DNA from: Alphaproteobacteria bacterium
Lineage (GTDB): Bacteria > Pseudomonadota > Alphaproteobacteria > Rs-D84
Direction of reading: 5' to 3'
Length of the DNA: 64,000 bases
Assembly (NCBI GenBank): GCA_017630405.1
Contig: JAGBVH010000015.1
Span: 81,026-145,025 of the forward strand
Below, in pieces: positions 36,628 to 44,764 of this stretch. The translations under genes were made by a program, and so were the position numbers. Within the stretch, counting starts at the first letter, position 1. Every line of letters begins with the position of its first letter. The notes beneath the pieces are model-generated. The model had not been told where the DNA came from. It searched no databases and saw only the letters and a program-made list of their open reading frames with translations.

Positions 36628-36665
36628 TGAGGGGGTCGCAGGTTCAAGTCCTGTCACCGGCACCA
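36621..36665 (+). pseudogene. tRNA-Thr(CGU) 3' fragment (anticodon loop, 3' anticodon stem, variable loop, T arm, acceptor 3' strand, CCA)
   Basis: TTCGTAA TGAGG GGGTC GCAGG TTCAAGT CCTGT CACCGGC ACCA. TGAGG pairs with TCTCA, and CACCGGC with GCCGGTG, of the 30076-30113 fragment. Confidence 0.85.
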
Positions 36666-36673
36666 TAATTAAA

Positions 36674-36695
36674 ACGCCCATTTGGGCGTTTTTTA
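36674..36695 (+). terminator. intrinsic terminator of the (split) tRNA-Thr gene
   Basis: Hairpin ACGCCC-ATTT-GGGCGT followed by a T-run. Confidence 0.7.
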
Positions 36696-36753
36696 TTTTT
36701 TTATGGTAAAAAATATGATAAAATACAAGGGATATAATGTATGGGGGATTATA

Positions 36754-38112
36754 ATGTCCAAGGAAATAAAATATTATTTTGACAAATCACAATATCTTTA
36801 TCATAAGGCTGACAGACCGTCGGTGGAAACAATTGGTGTCATAGTTTATTCTGGTGTTTATGGTCGGGGATATCATCCAGACAAAGATAAAGGTGTTGAA
36901 CTCGATCCTTTTAATCAAAGAAATGTACTGAAACATGTTTCGGAATATGTATCCAAAAATGTGACCAAAATAAAGTTTTCCAAGGATATGTCGGTCAATG
37001 ATGCTTTACATGTTATTTATACCCAGATTGGCAATCCAAAAGAAGAAGAAAAAATAGACAAGCTGATTCATGAACATTTTGCCAAATTGAAAGTCTATAA
37101 TGAAAAAATGGTCGATTATGAAAGTTATCGTAACCTGATTAATATGGTCGAATACTATACGCCAGAGGGTATAAGGGCGATGGTCAATGGCGAAAAGTAT
37201 CCTTTAAAGGCCGCAGTACATGATTTTGCGCGCGGTGTGGACAGAAAGAAGTTTCAGGCTTCTTTTGACAAACTACCTACTTATTTAAAACGTCGTTTTC
37301 GCAGTTTGTGTGAAAAGAATAACTATGTATTAACCGATGATTTATTATCTCAGGATTTTAAGCCGTTGGCGCTTGACCGTTTAAGGCCGACAATGGATGA
37401 TGGTATTAGTGTTGATGCTTTGATTGGGCGTACCGCCGATGAATTCTTGCGCGATGCGGCCAAATACAAGTATTATAAATTAACTGGTAATATGGATATC
37501 TTTTTATCAAAGTTCGAACAGATGTCCATAGACGCTATGTCTGATCATGAACTGGCAATAAAGTATGGTGCTTATGCGACCCAGCGTTATGAAAACGCCC
37601 TTATTGTCAAAAAACATATAGAATCCCTTGCGGAACAAAATAAAGACATATCGAATTTCATTGGCGAATTGTATAATTACAGTGTTCGCGCCACAACCAG
37701 TTATTGTAATCCAGATATTGTTCGAATGATGTATGAAACAATAAAAAAGTACAACAACAAGTTCAAGCAATCCAAACAGGTTATGCAGTATATGGGACTG
37801 TTGTACAATGTGACATTGGATGGCAAACTTCGTCGTGATATTTCCGAAACATTTGGAATCAAGCCGGATGAAACCCGTGCGCGTACCAAAATGTCAAAAC
37901 AACGCGTTAAGCAATCATTAAGAAAAGCGGAAAAGCGTATATCTTCTGGTGATTATGTTTTTGATGGCGCTGTTCAGCAAGAGGTTATAGCACTAGAAGA
38001 AAAATATGGTATGAGTTCTGGCCCTGAAACATTTGGCAAGGTCAAGAAACTGATCAAGCCAACGAAAACGCAAATGAAAATAGCAAAAGAGTTTTCGGAA
38101 CGCAGCAAATAA
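36754..38112 (+). CDS. hypothetical protein (452 aa)
   Basis: Start at MSKEIKYY, preceded by GGGGGA. Lys/Tyr/Asn-rich, with no catalytic motif recognised. The track ORF begins at 36682. Confidence 0.5.
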   Translation: MSKEIKYYFDKSQYLYHKADRPSVETIGVIVYSGVYGRGYHPDKDKGVELDPFNQRNVLKHVSEYVSKNVTKIKFSKDMSVNDALHVIYTQIGNPKEEEKIDKLIHEHFAKLKVYNEKMVDYESYRNLINMVEYYTPEGIRAMVNGEKYPLKAAVHDFARGVDRKKFQASFDKLPTYLKRRFRSLCEKNNYVLTDDLLSQDFKPLALDRLRPTMDDGISVDALIGRTADEFLRDAAKYKYYKLTGNMDIFLSKFEQMSIDAMSDHELAIKYGAYATQRYENALIVKKHIESLAEQNKDISNFIGELYNYSVRATTSYCNPDIVRMMYETIKKYNNKFKQSKQVMQYMGLLYNVTLDGKLRRDISETFGIKPDETRARTKMSKQRVKQSLRKAEKRISSGDYVFDGAVQQEVIALEEKYGMSSGPETFGKVKKLIKPTKTQMKIAKEFSERSK

Positions 38113-38116
38113 AACA

Positions 38117-38140
38117 ACCGCCCAATGGGCGGTTTGTTTT
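38117..38140. terminator. bidirectional intrinsic terminator between convergent hypothetical genes
   Basis: Hairpin ACCGCC(C)-AAT-(G)GGCGGT followed by TTTGTTTT. Confidence 0.6.
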
Positions 38141-38146
38141 ATTTAC

Positions 38147-38977
38147 TTATTTTGTTTTTGCTTTTTGTAATTCGGCTGATATTTCGTTTGCAAGCTGTTT
38201 GATACGCGCTGCTTCTTGTTCGGCATATTGTGCATCTACTGCAATCTCGATAGCTGCCTGAACATATATCATCAGCTCAACAGGAATCGAGCCAATCCTT
38301 TTACAAAGAGGCCCGGCCTGTGTTTGAGTCTTTTTATAGATTGCGCCATCTTCGGTTATATGATAATTGCCGACAGTTGTTGTTATAAACGTTGTATCTT
38401 CTATAGACAAAGTCTGATATTTTTTAATTTCTACAACTTTTATCAATTCCAACAAATCGCCTAATCCTGCTTTGATGAATTTGTCTTTTATTTTTGGATT
38501 GGCGTTGATTATATCTTCGCGTGCTGCTTTGAATGCTGCTTTGAATTCAGCATCGCGTATTTTTTGTCTCTCGATTTCTTCCTGGCGCGCGATTTCGTCT
38601 TTAGCTGCCTTTACCATATCTTCATAGGCTTTGATGCGTGCTTTACCATTTTTCTGCGCACTGTCTGTCATCTCATTAAATATCACACCAGGTAAACTAT
38701 ATGCGGCGTGAAAATCGTCTTGGATAATCTTCCAATTACGTTTTCGTGCAGAACGTTTTTCTGAGGCATAATCCTCGCGCCAACAAGGGTTGTTGGTACG
38801 ATATTCCTGGTCAGGTTTTTTTGGGAAATGACCTTTTTTAATTAAGTCCGCGACGGATACTGTGCAACCAACTGCCGGTGCAATTGCAAATGTTGTCACA
38901 GCCACAATAACGGCACCACTAGTATACAAAACTTTTTCCGCGCCGTTTTTCCATTTAATCTTTGTTATTTCTTCCAT
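38147..38977 (-). CDS. hypothetical protein with N-terminal hydrophobic segment and central coiled-coil (276 aa)
   Basis: VLYTSGAVIVAVTTFAIAPAVG hydrophobic segment. Charged helical stretch KAAKDEIARQEEIERQKIRDAEFKAAFKAARED. No family recognised. Confidence 0.5.
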   Translation of the reverse strand: MEEITKIKWKNGAEKVLYTSGAVIVAVTTFAIAPAVGCTVSVADLIKKGHFPKKPDQEYRTNNPCWREDYASEKRSARKRNWKIIQDDFHAAYSLPGVIFNEMTDSAQKNGKARIKAYEDMVKAAKDEIARQEEIERQKIRDAEFKAAFKAAREDIINANPKIKDKFIKAGLGDLLELIKVVEIKKYQTLSIEDTTFITTTVGNYHITEDGAIYKKTQTQAGPLCKRIGSIPVELMIYVQAAIEIAVDAQYAEQEAARIKQLANEISAELQKAKTK

Positions 38978-39132
38978 TTTCTTAATTCCTTTAGTTATAG
39001 GGTTATCTTACTCACACTATGTAATATAATACATAAAAACGATTTGTCAAGTATTTGTACAAAAAATACATATAAAATATTTATGTCTTAAAAACTTGAT
39101 TTTTTGGGGTTTTGATTGTAATCTTTGTTTTG

Positions 39133-39165
39133 ATGAAAAAACAAGCAATAATTATTATTAAATAA
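39133..39165 (+). promoter_or_regulatory. candidate ileS leader peptide ORF MKKQAIIIIK
   Basis: ATG AAA AAA CAA GCA ATA ATT ATT ATT AAA TAA. Four consecutive Ile codons in 10 codons, upstream of a terminator and ileS. Confidence 0.45.
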
Positions 39166-39191
39166 AGGCTACACGCGCTTTGGCGGTGGCT

Positions 39192-39213
39192 GGGGCGCAT
39201 GGGCGCCTTTTTT
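39192..39213 (+). terminator. intrinsic terminator / candidate attenuator immediately upstream of ileS
   Basis: GGCGC-ATGG-GCGCC (39194-39207) followed by T6 (39208-39213). It ends 11 nt before the ileS SD GGAG. Confidence 0.55.
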
Positions 39214-39236
39214 AATACAAAAACGGAGTGTTTAAT

Positions 39237-42200
39237 ATGGCATACCCAAAAACAGACCCACGTGCAGATTTTTCTGCTTTGGAACAGGAAGTATTAAAAT
39301 ACTGGCGTGAAAATAACACATTTCAAAATACTTTGGATAAAACCGAGTCTGGTGCACCATTTAGTTTTTATGATGGTCCTCCGTTTGCCAATGGTCTGCC
39401 ACACTGGGGGCACTTGGGCGTATCAGTGGTCAAAGATATGGTTGCGCGATTCCAGACAATGTCTGGCCGTCATGTTGTGCGTGAACTTGGCTGGGATTGC
39501 CATGGGTTGCCTGCGGAAAATTCCGTTGAAATAAAGCAGGGTCGCAGCGCCAAGGATATTGTTGCCAATGATGGCATCGTTGCATTCTGCGATATGTGTC
39601 GCACTGATGTTATGACATACACCAACGAATGGGGTGTTTTTATCGAGCGTATGGGGCGCTGGGTAAAAATCGGTGATGAATACGGCTATAAAACAATGAA
39701 CCGCAACTATATGGAATCTATGTTGTGGACATTGAAAAGCCTGTATGAAAAGGGCTTGTTATACAAAGATTACAGTGTAAATCCATATGACTGGGTAAAT
39801 GGTACTGTTGTATCAAATTCCGAAGCATCTCAGGATTATCGTGAAATTGTTGATGATGCCGTAACTGTTTGGTTTGAATTGGAAAATGGCGATCGTGCGA
39901 TTGCTTGGACAACAACACCTTGGACATTACCAGCGAACAGCGCATTGGCGGTTAATCCGAACATGGAATATCTGCGTATGCAGGATTCTGATGGCGCGGT
40001 ATATATAATCGCGGCCAGCCGTCTGAAAGCATATGAAAAGCAGTTCGCCAACGCCACAGAAATTGGTCGTGTAAAGGGTTCTGAATTGGCGGGGTTACAT
40101 TATGCGCCTTTGTTTCCATATTACGCAGGCCAGTCTGATTTACTGTTCCAGATAATCCCAGCGGACTATGTATCGGACGGTGACGGTACAGGTATCGTTC
40201 ATATCGCACCAGCATACGGTGCCGAAGACTTCTGGGCGGCAAAAAACATCGATCCAAAATTCCCTGTATTGTTAAATGTTGATACATATGGAAACTTTGA
40301 TGAAACAGTTGTTGATTTTGCAGGTGAAAATATCTTTGCTGCCACACCAAAAATCATGGATTGGTTAAAACAGAACGGCAAACTGGTTAAAAAAGAACAG
40401 TACAAGCACAGTTATCCTTTTGGCGACCGTTCAAAGGAAAAATTAATCCAGCGCGCCACAGATTCTTGGTATATCGATGTTCCAAAGATTAAGGATAAAT
40501 TATTGGCCAACAATGCCAAAGTAAATTGGACATCCGCTGGTGAACGCTTCCGTTCTTGGATTGAAAATGCGCGTCCATGGTCAATATCCAGAAATCGTTT
40601 CTGGGGTATGCCACTGCCTATCTGGGAACGCGATGGTGAATTCAAGGTATTTGGCTCAATCGCAGAATTGGAAGAATTCTTTGGTGTCGAAGTAAAAGAT
40701 TTGCATCGTCCAACATTGGATAAATTGACACGCGATGGCTGGACTCGTATCAGCGATGTTTTGGATTGCTGGGTTGAATCCGGTTCTATGCCTTGGGCGT
40801 CATTACATTACCCATTTGAAAATGTGGACAAGTTCAATGCGACTTTCCCAGCAGATTATATTATCGAAGGTCAGGACCAAACACGTGGTTGGTTCTATGC
40901 GTTGATGGTTTTGGCGACAGCATTGTTTGACAAGCCGGCGTTTATGACTGTGTCAGCAAATGGTATGGTTGTGGACGAAAACAAAAAGAAGTTCTCGAAA
41001 TCATTAAAGAACTTTGTAAATCCATCTGACCAGATTGAACAATACGGTGCTGATGCGGTCCGTCTGTTTATCCTTGGGTCAAACTTTATGAAGGCTGAAC
41101 CAGTGCCTGTTGATAAAGAAGGTAAAGTATTTGCAGAATCGACCAAGACAATCCAGACACCATTGTGGAACGCATATCACTTCTTTACACTGTATGCGAA
41201 CGCCGGTAATGTCACTGCACAAGAAATTACTGATTCTGACAATGCGCTGGATAAATACATTATGGCGGAATTAAATGTTCTGACCGATGCGGTAAAAGAC
41301 GCGTTAACAGAATACAAACCAGATGCCGCAATCAAGGAATTTGTTCGCTTCTTGGACATCTTGAACAATTGGTACATCCGTCGTGGTCGCGCACGCTTCT
41401 GGGACGAAGAACAAACAGCGTTCGACACATTGTACACAGTGCTTGTATCATTGTGTCGCCTGTTGGCACCATTTGCGCCATTTGTATCTGAATACATCTA
41501 TCGCGCGTTGACTGGTGGTGAATCTGTTCATTTGACAGACTTCCCAACAGCCTCTGCACCAGATATGCAAATCGTATCTGATATGCGTCGTGTTCAGTCC
41601 GTTGTATCCACCGGAAAACAGTTGCGCGAAAAGTATGGCCTGCGTAATCGTCTGCCGCTGCGCGGAATGATTGTTGCGGGTGCGGATTTGTCCAGATACA
41701 CAGACATTATCCAAGAAGAACTTAATGTAAAGTCTGTTAAGTTTGAATCGAACACAGACAATGTTGCGGACAGTTTTGTTTACCTGATTACACCAAAGAT
41801 TGGTGCGCGCCTTGGTGGTGCATTAAAAGACATTATCCCATCTGTAAAGCGTGGCGATTATGAATTGGTGGGCGATAAATTGCTGGCCGCGGGTCACGAA
41901 CTGAACGCAGATGAATTTGAAAATCGCTTAACTGTGCGTGATGGCGTATCGGGGGCTGCGTTGCCTGATAATACAGCGGTTGTTGTTCTGGATACAGATG
42001 TTGATGCTTCATTGGTTGCCGAAGGTTTGGCAAACGATGCCTTGCGCTTTATTCAGGATACACGAAAAGCGGTAAACCTTGATGTTTCGGACAGAATCGT
42101 TTTGACATATGCGGCGGACCCTGCATTGGCAAATGCAATCGAACAGCATAAAAAGCGTATCATGCGCGAAGCACTGATTACCCAGATGGTCACAGGCGAC

Positions 42201-42260
42201 GGCGAATATACAACCGAATTCGAAGGCTATAACTTGGCAATATCTATTAACAAAGCATAA
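39237..42260 (+). CDS. ileS: isoleucine--tRNA ligase
   Basis: PFANGLPHWGHL (HIGH-type), editing CP1 domain, KFSKSLKN (KMSKS-type). ATG at 39237 lies 8 nt after GGAG; the track start at 39228 is a GTG inside the SD. Confidence 0.95.
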   Translation: MAYPKTDPRADFSALEQEVLKYWRENNTFQNTLDKTESGAPFSFYDGPPFANGLPHWGHLGVSVVKDMVARFQTMSGRHVVRELGWDCHGLPAENSVEIKQGRSAKDIVANDGIVAFCDMCRTDVMTYTNEWGVFIERMGRWVKIGDEYGYKTMNRNYMESMLWTLKSLYEKGLLYKDYSVNPYDWVNGTVVSNSEASQDYREIVDDAVTVWFELENGDRAIAWTTTPWTLPANSALAVNPNMEYLRMQDSDGAVYIIAASRLKAYEKQFANATEIGRVKGSELAGLHYAPLFPYYAGQSDLLFQIIPADYVSDGDGTGIVHIAPAYGAEDFWAAKNIDPKFPVLLNVDTYGNFDETVVDFAGENIFAATPKIMDWLKQNGKLVKKEQYKHSYPFGDRSKEKLIQRATDSWYIDVPKIKDKLLANNAKVNWTSAGERFRSWIENARPWSISRNRFWGMPLPIWERDGEFKVFGSIAELEEFFGVEVKDLHRPTLDKLTRDGWTRISDVLDCWVESGSMPWASLHYPFENVDKFNATFPADYIIEGQDQTRGWFYALMVLATALFDKPAFMTVSANGMVVDENKKKFSKSLKNFVNPSDQIEQYGADAVRLFILGSNFMKAEPVPVDKEGKVFAESTKTIQTPLWNAYHFFTLYANAGNVTAQEITDSDNALDKYIMAELNVLTDAVKDALTEYKPDAAIKEFVRFLDILNNWYIRRGRARFWDEEQTAFDTLYTVLVSLCRLLAPFAPFVSEYIYRALTGGESVHLTDFPTASAPDMQIVSDMRRVQSVVSTGKQLREKYGLRNRLPLRGMIVAGADLSRYTDIIQEELNVKSVKFESNTDNVADSFVYLITPKIGARLGGALKDIIPSVKRGDYELVGDKLLAAGHELNADEFENRLTVRDGVSGAALPDNTAVVVLDTDVDASLVAEGLANDALRFIQDTRKAVNLDVSDRIVLTYAADPALANAIEQHKKRIMREALITQMVTGDGEYTTEFEGYNLAISINKA

Positions 42261-42271
42261 AGGGGTATTAT

Positions 42272-42685
42272 ATGAAACTGCCTTATTTGTATTGTGGTAA
42301 TATCGGGACAAAATGTCCCGAAAAAATGCCAGACGGTCGTTGTAAGTTAACAGAAAAATTGGATACACATGAACGTTGTCCAGATTCTGTAATTGTTGAA
42401 ACACCGGAACATGATTTTGTGATAAGATATCTTTACAGTATCCGCAATGATGTTCCGCGTCTTGTGACAATCAATTCACAGCCTATGCGAACATATCCAG
42501 ATAATCTGTATTGTGGTAAACTTGATGACCATTGTCCACACCAGACCCCAGATGGCAAGTGTAAAAGACTTGAAAATATTCCAGATTATGGTCCATGTAA
42601 AGATGAACTTTATCTTAGTCCAGAAATGGAATTAATCACACGTTTGCTTCAATACGCACATCGTGATAAGCAAAAGCAGAAATAA
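42272..42685 (+). CDS. small protein with two copies of a 4-Cys module (137 aa)
   Basis: Internal duplication: LYCGNIGTKCPEKMPDGRCKLTEKLDTHERCPD... and LYCGKLDDHCPHQTPDGKCKRLENIPDYGPCKD.... Ends in ...KQKQK. Confidence 0.55.
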   Translation: MKLPYLYCGNIGTKCPEKMPDGRCKLTEKLDTHERCPDSVIVETPEHDFVIRYLYSIRNDVPRLVTINSQPMRTYPDNLYCGKLDDHCPHQTPDGKCKRLENIPDYGPCKDELYLSPEMELITRLLQYAHRDKQKQK

Positions 42686-42695
42686 GGAACGAAAA

Positions 42696-42908
42696 ATGGC
42701 AGAAAAATATTGTGAAGAATTTTTTTATCCAGAAAGTGATTATGGTTGCCAATGTCCTGATTTTCGTGCAAACGGTCTTTGCAAAAGAGAATCGTTATGT
42801 TCACGTAAGTTAAAATTAACACGTGAAGAATATACAATACTGGACAATTTGCGGATTGTAAAAGGGCAAAACGCAAAAATTCTGGAACTGTTACAAAAGC
42901 AGAAATAA
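42696..42908 (+). CDS. small protein with one related 4-Cys module (70 aa)
   Basis: MAEKYCEEFFYPESDYGCQCPDFRANGLCKRESLCSRKL.... AAGGAA SD. Shares the 3' terminal CAAAAGCAGAAATAA with the previous gene. Its stop overlaps the nth ATG (TAATG). Confidence 0.5.
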   Translation: MAEKYCEEFFYPESDYGCQCPDFRANGLCKRESLCSRKLKLTREEYTILDNLRIVKGQNAKILELLQKQK

Positions 42909-43546
42909 TGCTGACACCGCAAAGATATTTTGAATTGATACCCCCGACCGTTGATATGACCATACGGTCGGAATTGTATCATACCAATGAATTTAACTTT
43001 GCGGTGGCGGTTATTTTATCAGCCCAGGCCACAGATAAAAAAGTAAATGAAGTAACACCTGAATTATTCCGCATCGCACCAACCCCACAAAAAATGTTGG
43101 ATTTAGGAATTGAAGAATTGCGTGAACATATTCGGGTGATTTCTTTTTTTAATAACAAGGCGAAAAATATAATCGCGCTGGCTGAAACATTGGTCGCAGA
43201 AAATGTGACAGATATGTTTCCAGCAAAATATCACAATCGCGATGCGCTTATGAAATTACCCGGCATTGGGCAAAAGACTGCAAACGTTGTATGTAATGTT
43301 TTATGGGGCGCGCCCAATATTGGTGTCGATACGCATGTTTTTCGCAATGCACATCGGTATGGCTGGGTGGAAGCGTCCGACAACACACCTGAAAAGGTAG
43401 AGTTAAAACTGTTGAAAAAAATCCCACGTAAATACCATCCAATTGTAAACCACGTTATGGTTCTGCATGGTCGGTATGTGTGTAAAGCACTGCGCCCAGA
43501 ATGTAGCAAATGCCCCGTCGCAAAATGGTGCCCTGCAAAACAATAA
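42908..43546 (+). CDS. nth: endonuclease III
   Basis: HhH-GPD motif LPGIGQKTANVV and 4Fe-4S cluster loop CKALRPECSKCPVAKWC. Confidence 0.9.
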   Translation: MLTPQRYFELIPPTVDMTIRSELYHTNEFNFAVAVILSAQATDKKVNEVTPELFRIAPTPQKMLDLGIEELREHIRVISFFNNKAKNIIALAETLVAENVTDMFPAKYHNRDALMKLPGIGQKTANVVCNVLWGAPNIGVDTHVFRNAHRYGWVEASDNTPEKVELKLLKKIPRKYHPIVNHVMVLHGRYVCKALRPECSKCPVAKWCPAKQ

Positions 43547-43549
43547 AAA

Positions 43550-43572
43550 CACCGGCAATTACCGGTGTTTTT
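43550..43572 (+). terminator. intrinsic terminator after nth
   Basis: Hairpin CACCGG-CAATTA-CCGGTG followed by T5. Confidence 0.75.
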
Positions 43573-43630
43573 ATTGCATACGCATATTTTCTGGTCTATA
43601 CTTTTCCAAGTATAACTAAAAGGATTTATT

Positions 43631-44431
43631 ATGCAGGGGTTATATTGCAAAATTGATGAACAAACCATGAATAATTTTAAGGTTAAATATTTTGGATTTG
43701 ATTCCAGTTATAAACATTTTGATAAAGACTGGAATGCGGCTAAGGTTATAGCAAACAAAATTATCAATGTAAAAAAAGATGTTTTTTATCATGTGCCTTT
43801 ACAATGGATTCAGGATTATAATAAGTTGGTTTGGAAAGAATTACAGTTTCGTATACCTAATATTTATTATGATGGACGCAATAGTGTTATGCCAAACGGC
43901 AAGGAAAGAGAAAAAATTTCCGGCCAATATATGGTAAATGACCTGGTCAACAATACACGCAGTACGAATGTTACATGGTATGATTTTGATTCCCCCAAGG
44001 CAACAACAGTGTTACTAAATCGTGGATTCAATGAAAAATTAAATGATGATTGGTTAATCATACGGGCAGACGATGTATTAAAAATCATGGAACCAGATTT
44101 CAAAGATTTGGGACTGGAAATTTCCGCGTATGTAACGGTATGTAAAAATAATGTATATGGCCCCCAGGCGGTATATGCGGCCTTATCCCAGATGCCTGTT
44201 GGCTTGGAACATGCCCTTGGGGGCGGACACGCAATCGGAAATGTAATTTGTCGTGATATGAGTACTGGTAAAATTGTACCCGTGCCAAAAAATGGTGTTT
44301 ATGTAGATAATTTTGAAGGACGTGGGGATTTGTATGAACAATCTGCATTTTCTAGTTTTTTACAAATGCTACAAAGTGTTAAATCAGCACGAAACGTTCT
44401 GGTTAATCAATACAAACAAAATAGAAAATAA
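43631..44431 (+). CDS. hypothetical protein (266 aa)
   Basis: Clean ORF with its own terminator. No motif recognised. An alternative start MNNFKVKY lies 12 codons in. Confidence 0.45.
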   Translation: MQGLYCKIDEQTMNNFKVKYFGFDSSYKHFDKDWNAAKVIANKIINVKKDVFYHVPLQWIQDYNKLVWKELQFRIPNIYYDGRNSVMPNGKEREKISGQYMVNDLVNNTRSTNVTWYDFDSPKATTVLLNRGFNEKLNDDWLIIRADDVLKIMEPDFKDLGLEISAYVTVCKNNVYGPQAVYAALSQMPVGLEHALGGGHAIGNVICRDMSTGKIVPVPKNGVYVDNFEGRGDLYEQSAFSSFLQMLQSVKSARNVLVNQYKQNRK

Positions 44432-44443
44432 ACATACTTGTAA

Positions 44444-44471
44444 TAAAAAATCCCCAATTGGGGATTTTTTA
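44444..44471. terminator. bidirectional intrinsic terminator (hypothetical gene / rpsO)
   Basis: Hairpin ATCCCC-AATT-GGGGAT flanked by A6 and T6. Confidence 0.7.
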
Positions 44472-44744
44472 TTATTTACGCAGACCCAATTTCTTAATCA
44501 GTTCTTCGTATTCAGAAGCGTTGCGCTTTTTGATGTACGCCAACAATTTCTTGCGACGGTTAACCATCAACAACAGACCACGTTTTGAATGCTGGTCTTT
44601 ATGATTTGCCTTCATGTGTTCTGTCAAGTTGCGAATGCGTTCTGTCAAAACTGCAACCTGAGATTCAACGGAACCACCGTTATCTTTTTCAGATACTTTG
44701 TATGCCTGAATCAATTCAGATTTTTTAGCTTTTGTTACGGACAT
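44472..44744 (-). CDS. rpsO: 30S ribosomal protein S15
   Basis: 90 aa. GSVESQVAVLTERIRNLTEHMKANHKDQHSKRGLLLMVNRRKKLLAYI. Confidence 0.95.
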   Translation of the reverse strand: MSVTKAKKSELIQAYKVSEKDNGGSVESQVAVLTERIRNLTEHMKANHKDQHSKRGLLLMVNRRKKLLAYIKKRNASEYEELIKKLGLRK

Positions 44745-44764
44745 TATATTTCCTTTTTGTTTTT

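Noticed and set aside
37830-37960. C-terminal segment of the 452-aa orphan protein (ISETFGIKPDETRARTKMSKQRVKQSLRKAEKRI) resembles sigma-70 region 4.2
   Set aside because: The resemblance rests on a few residues and needs an 8-residue insertion. No region 2 is present. This is too weak to call without a profile search.
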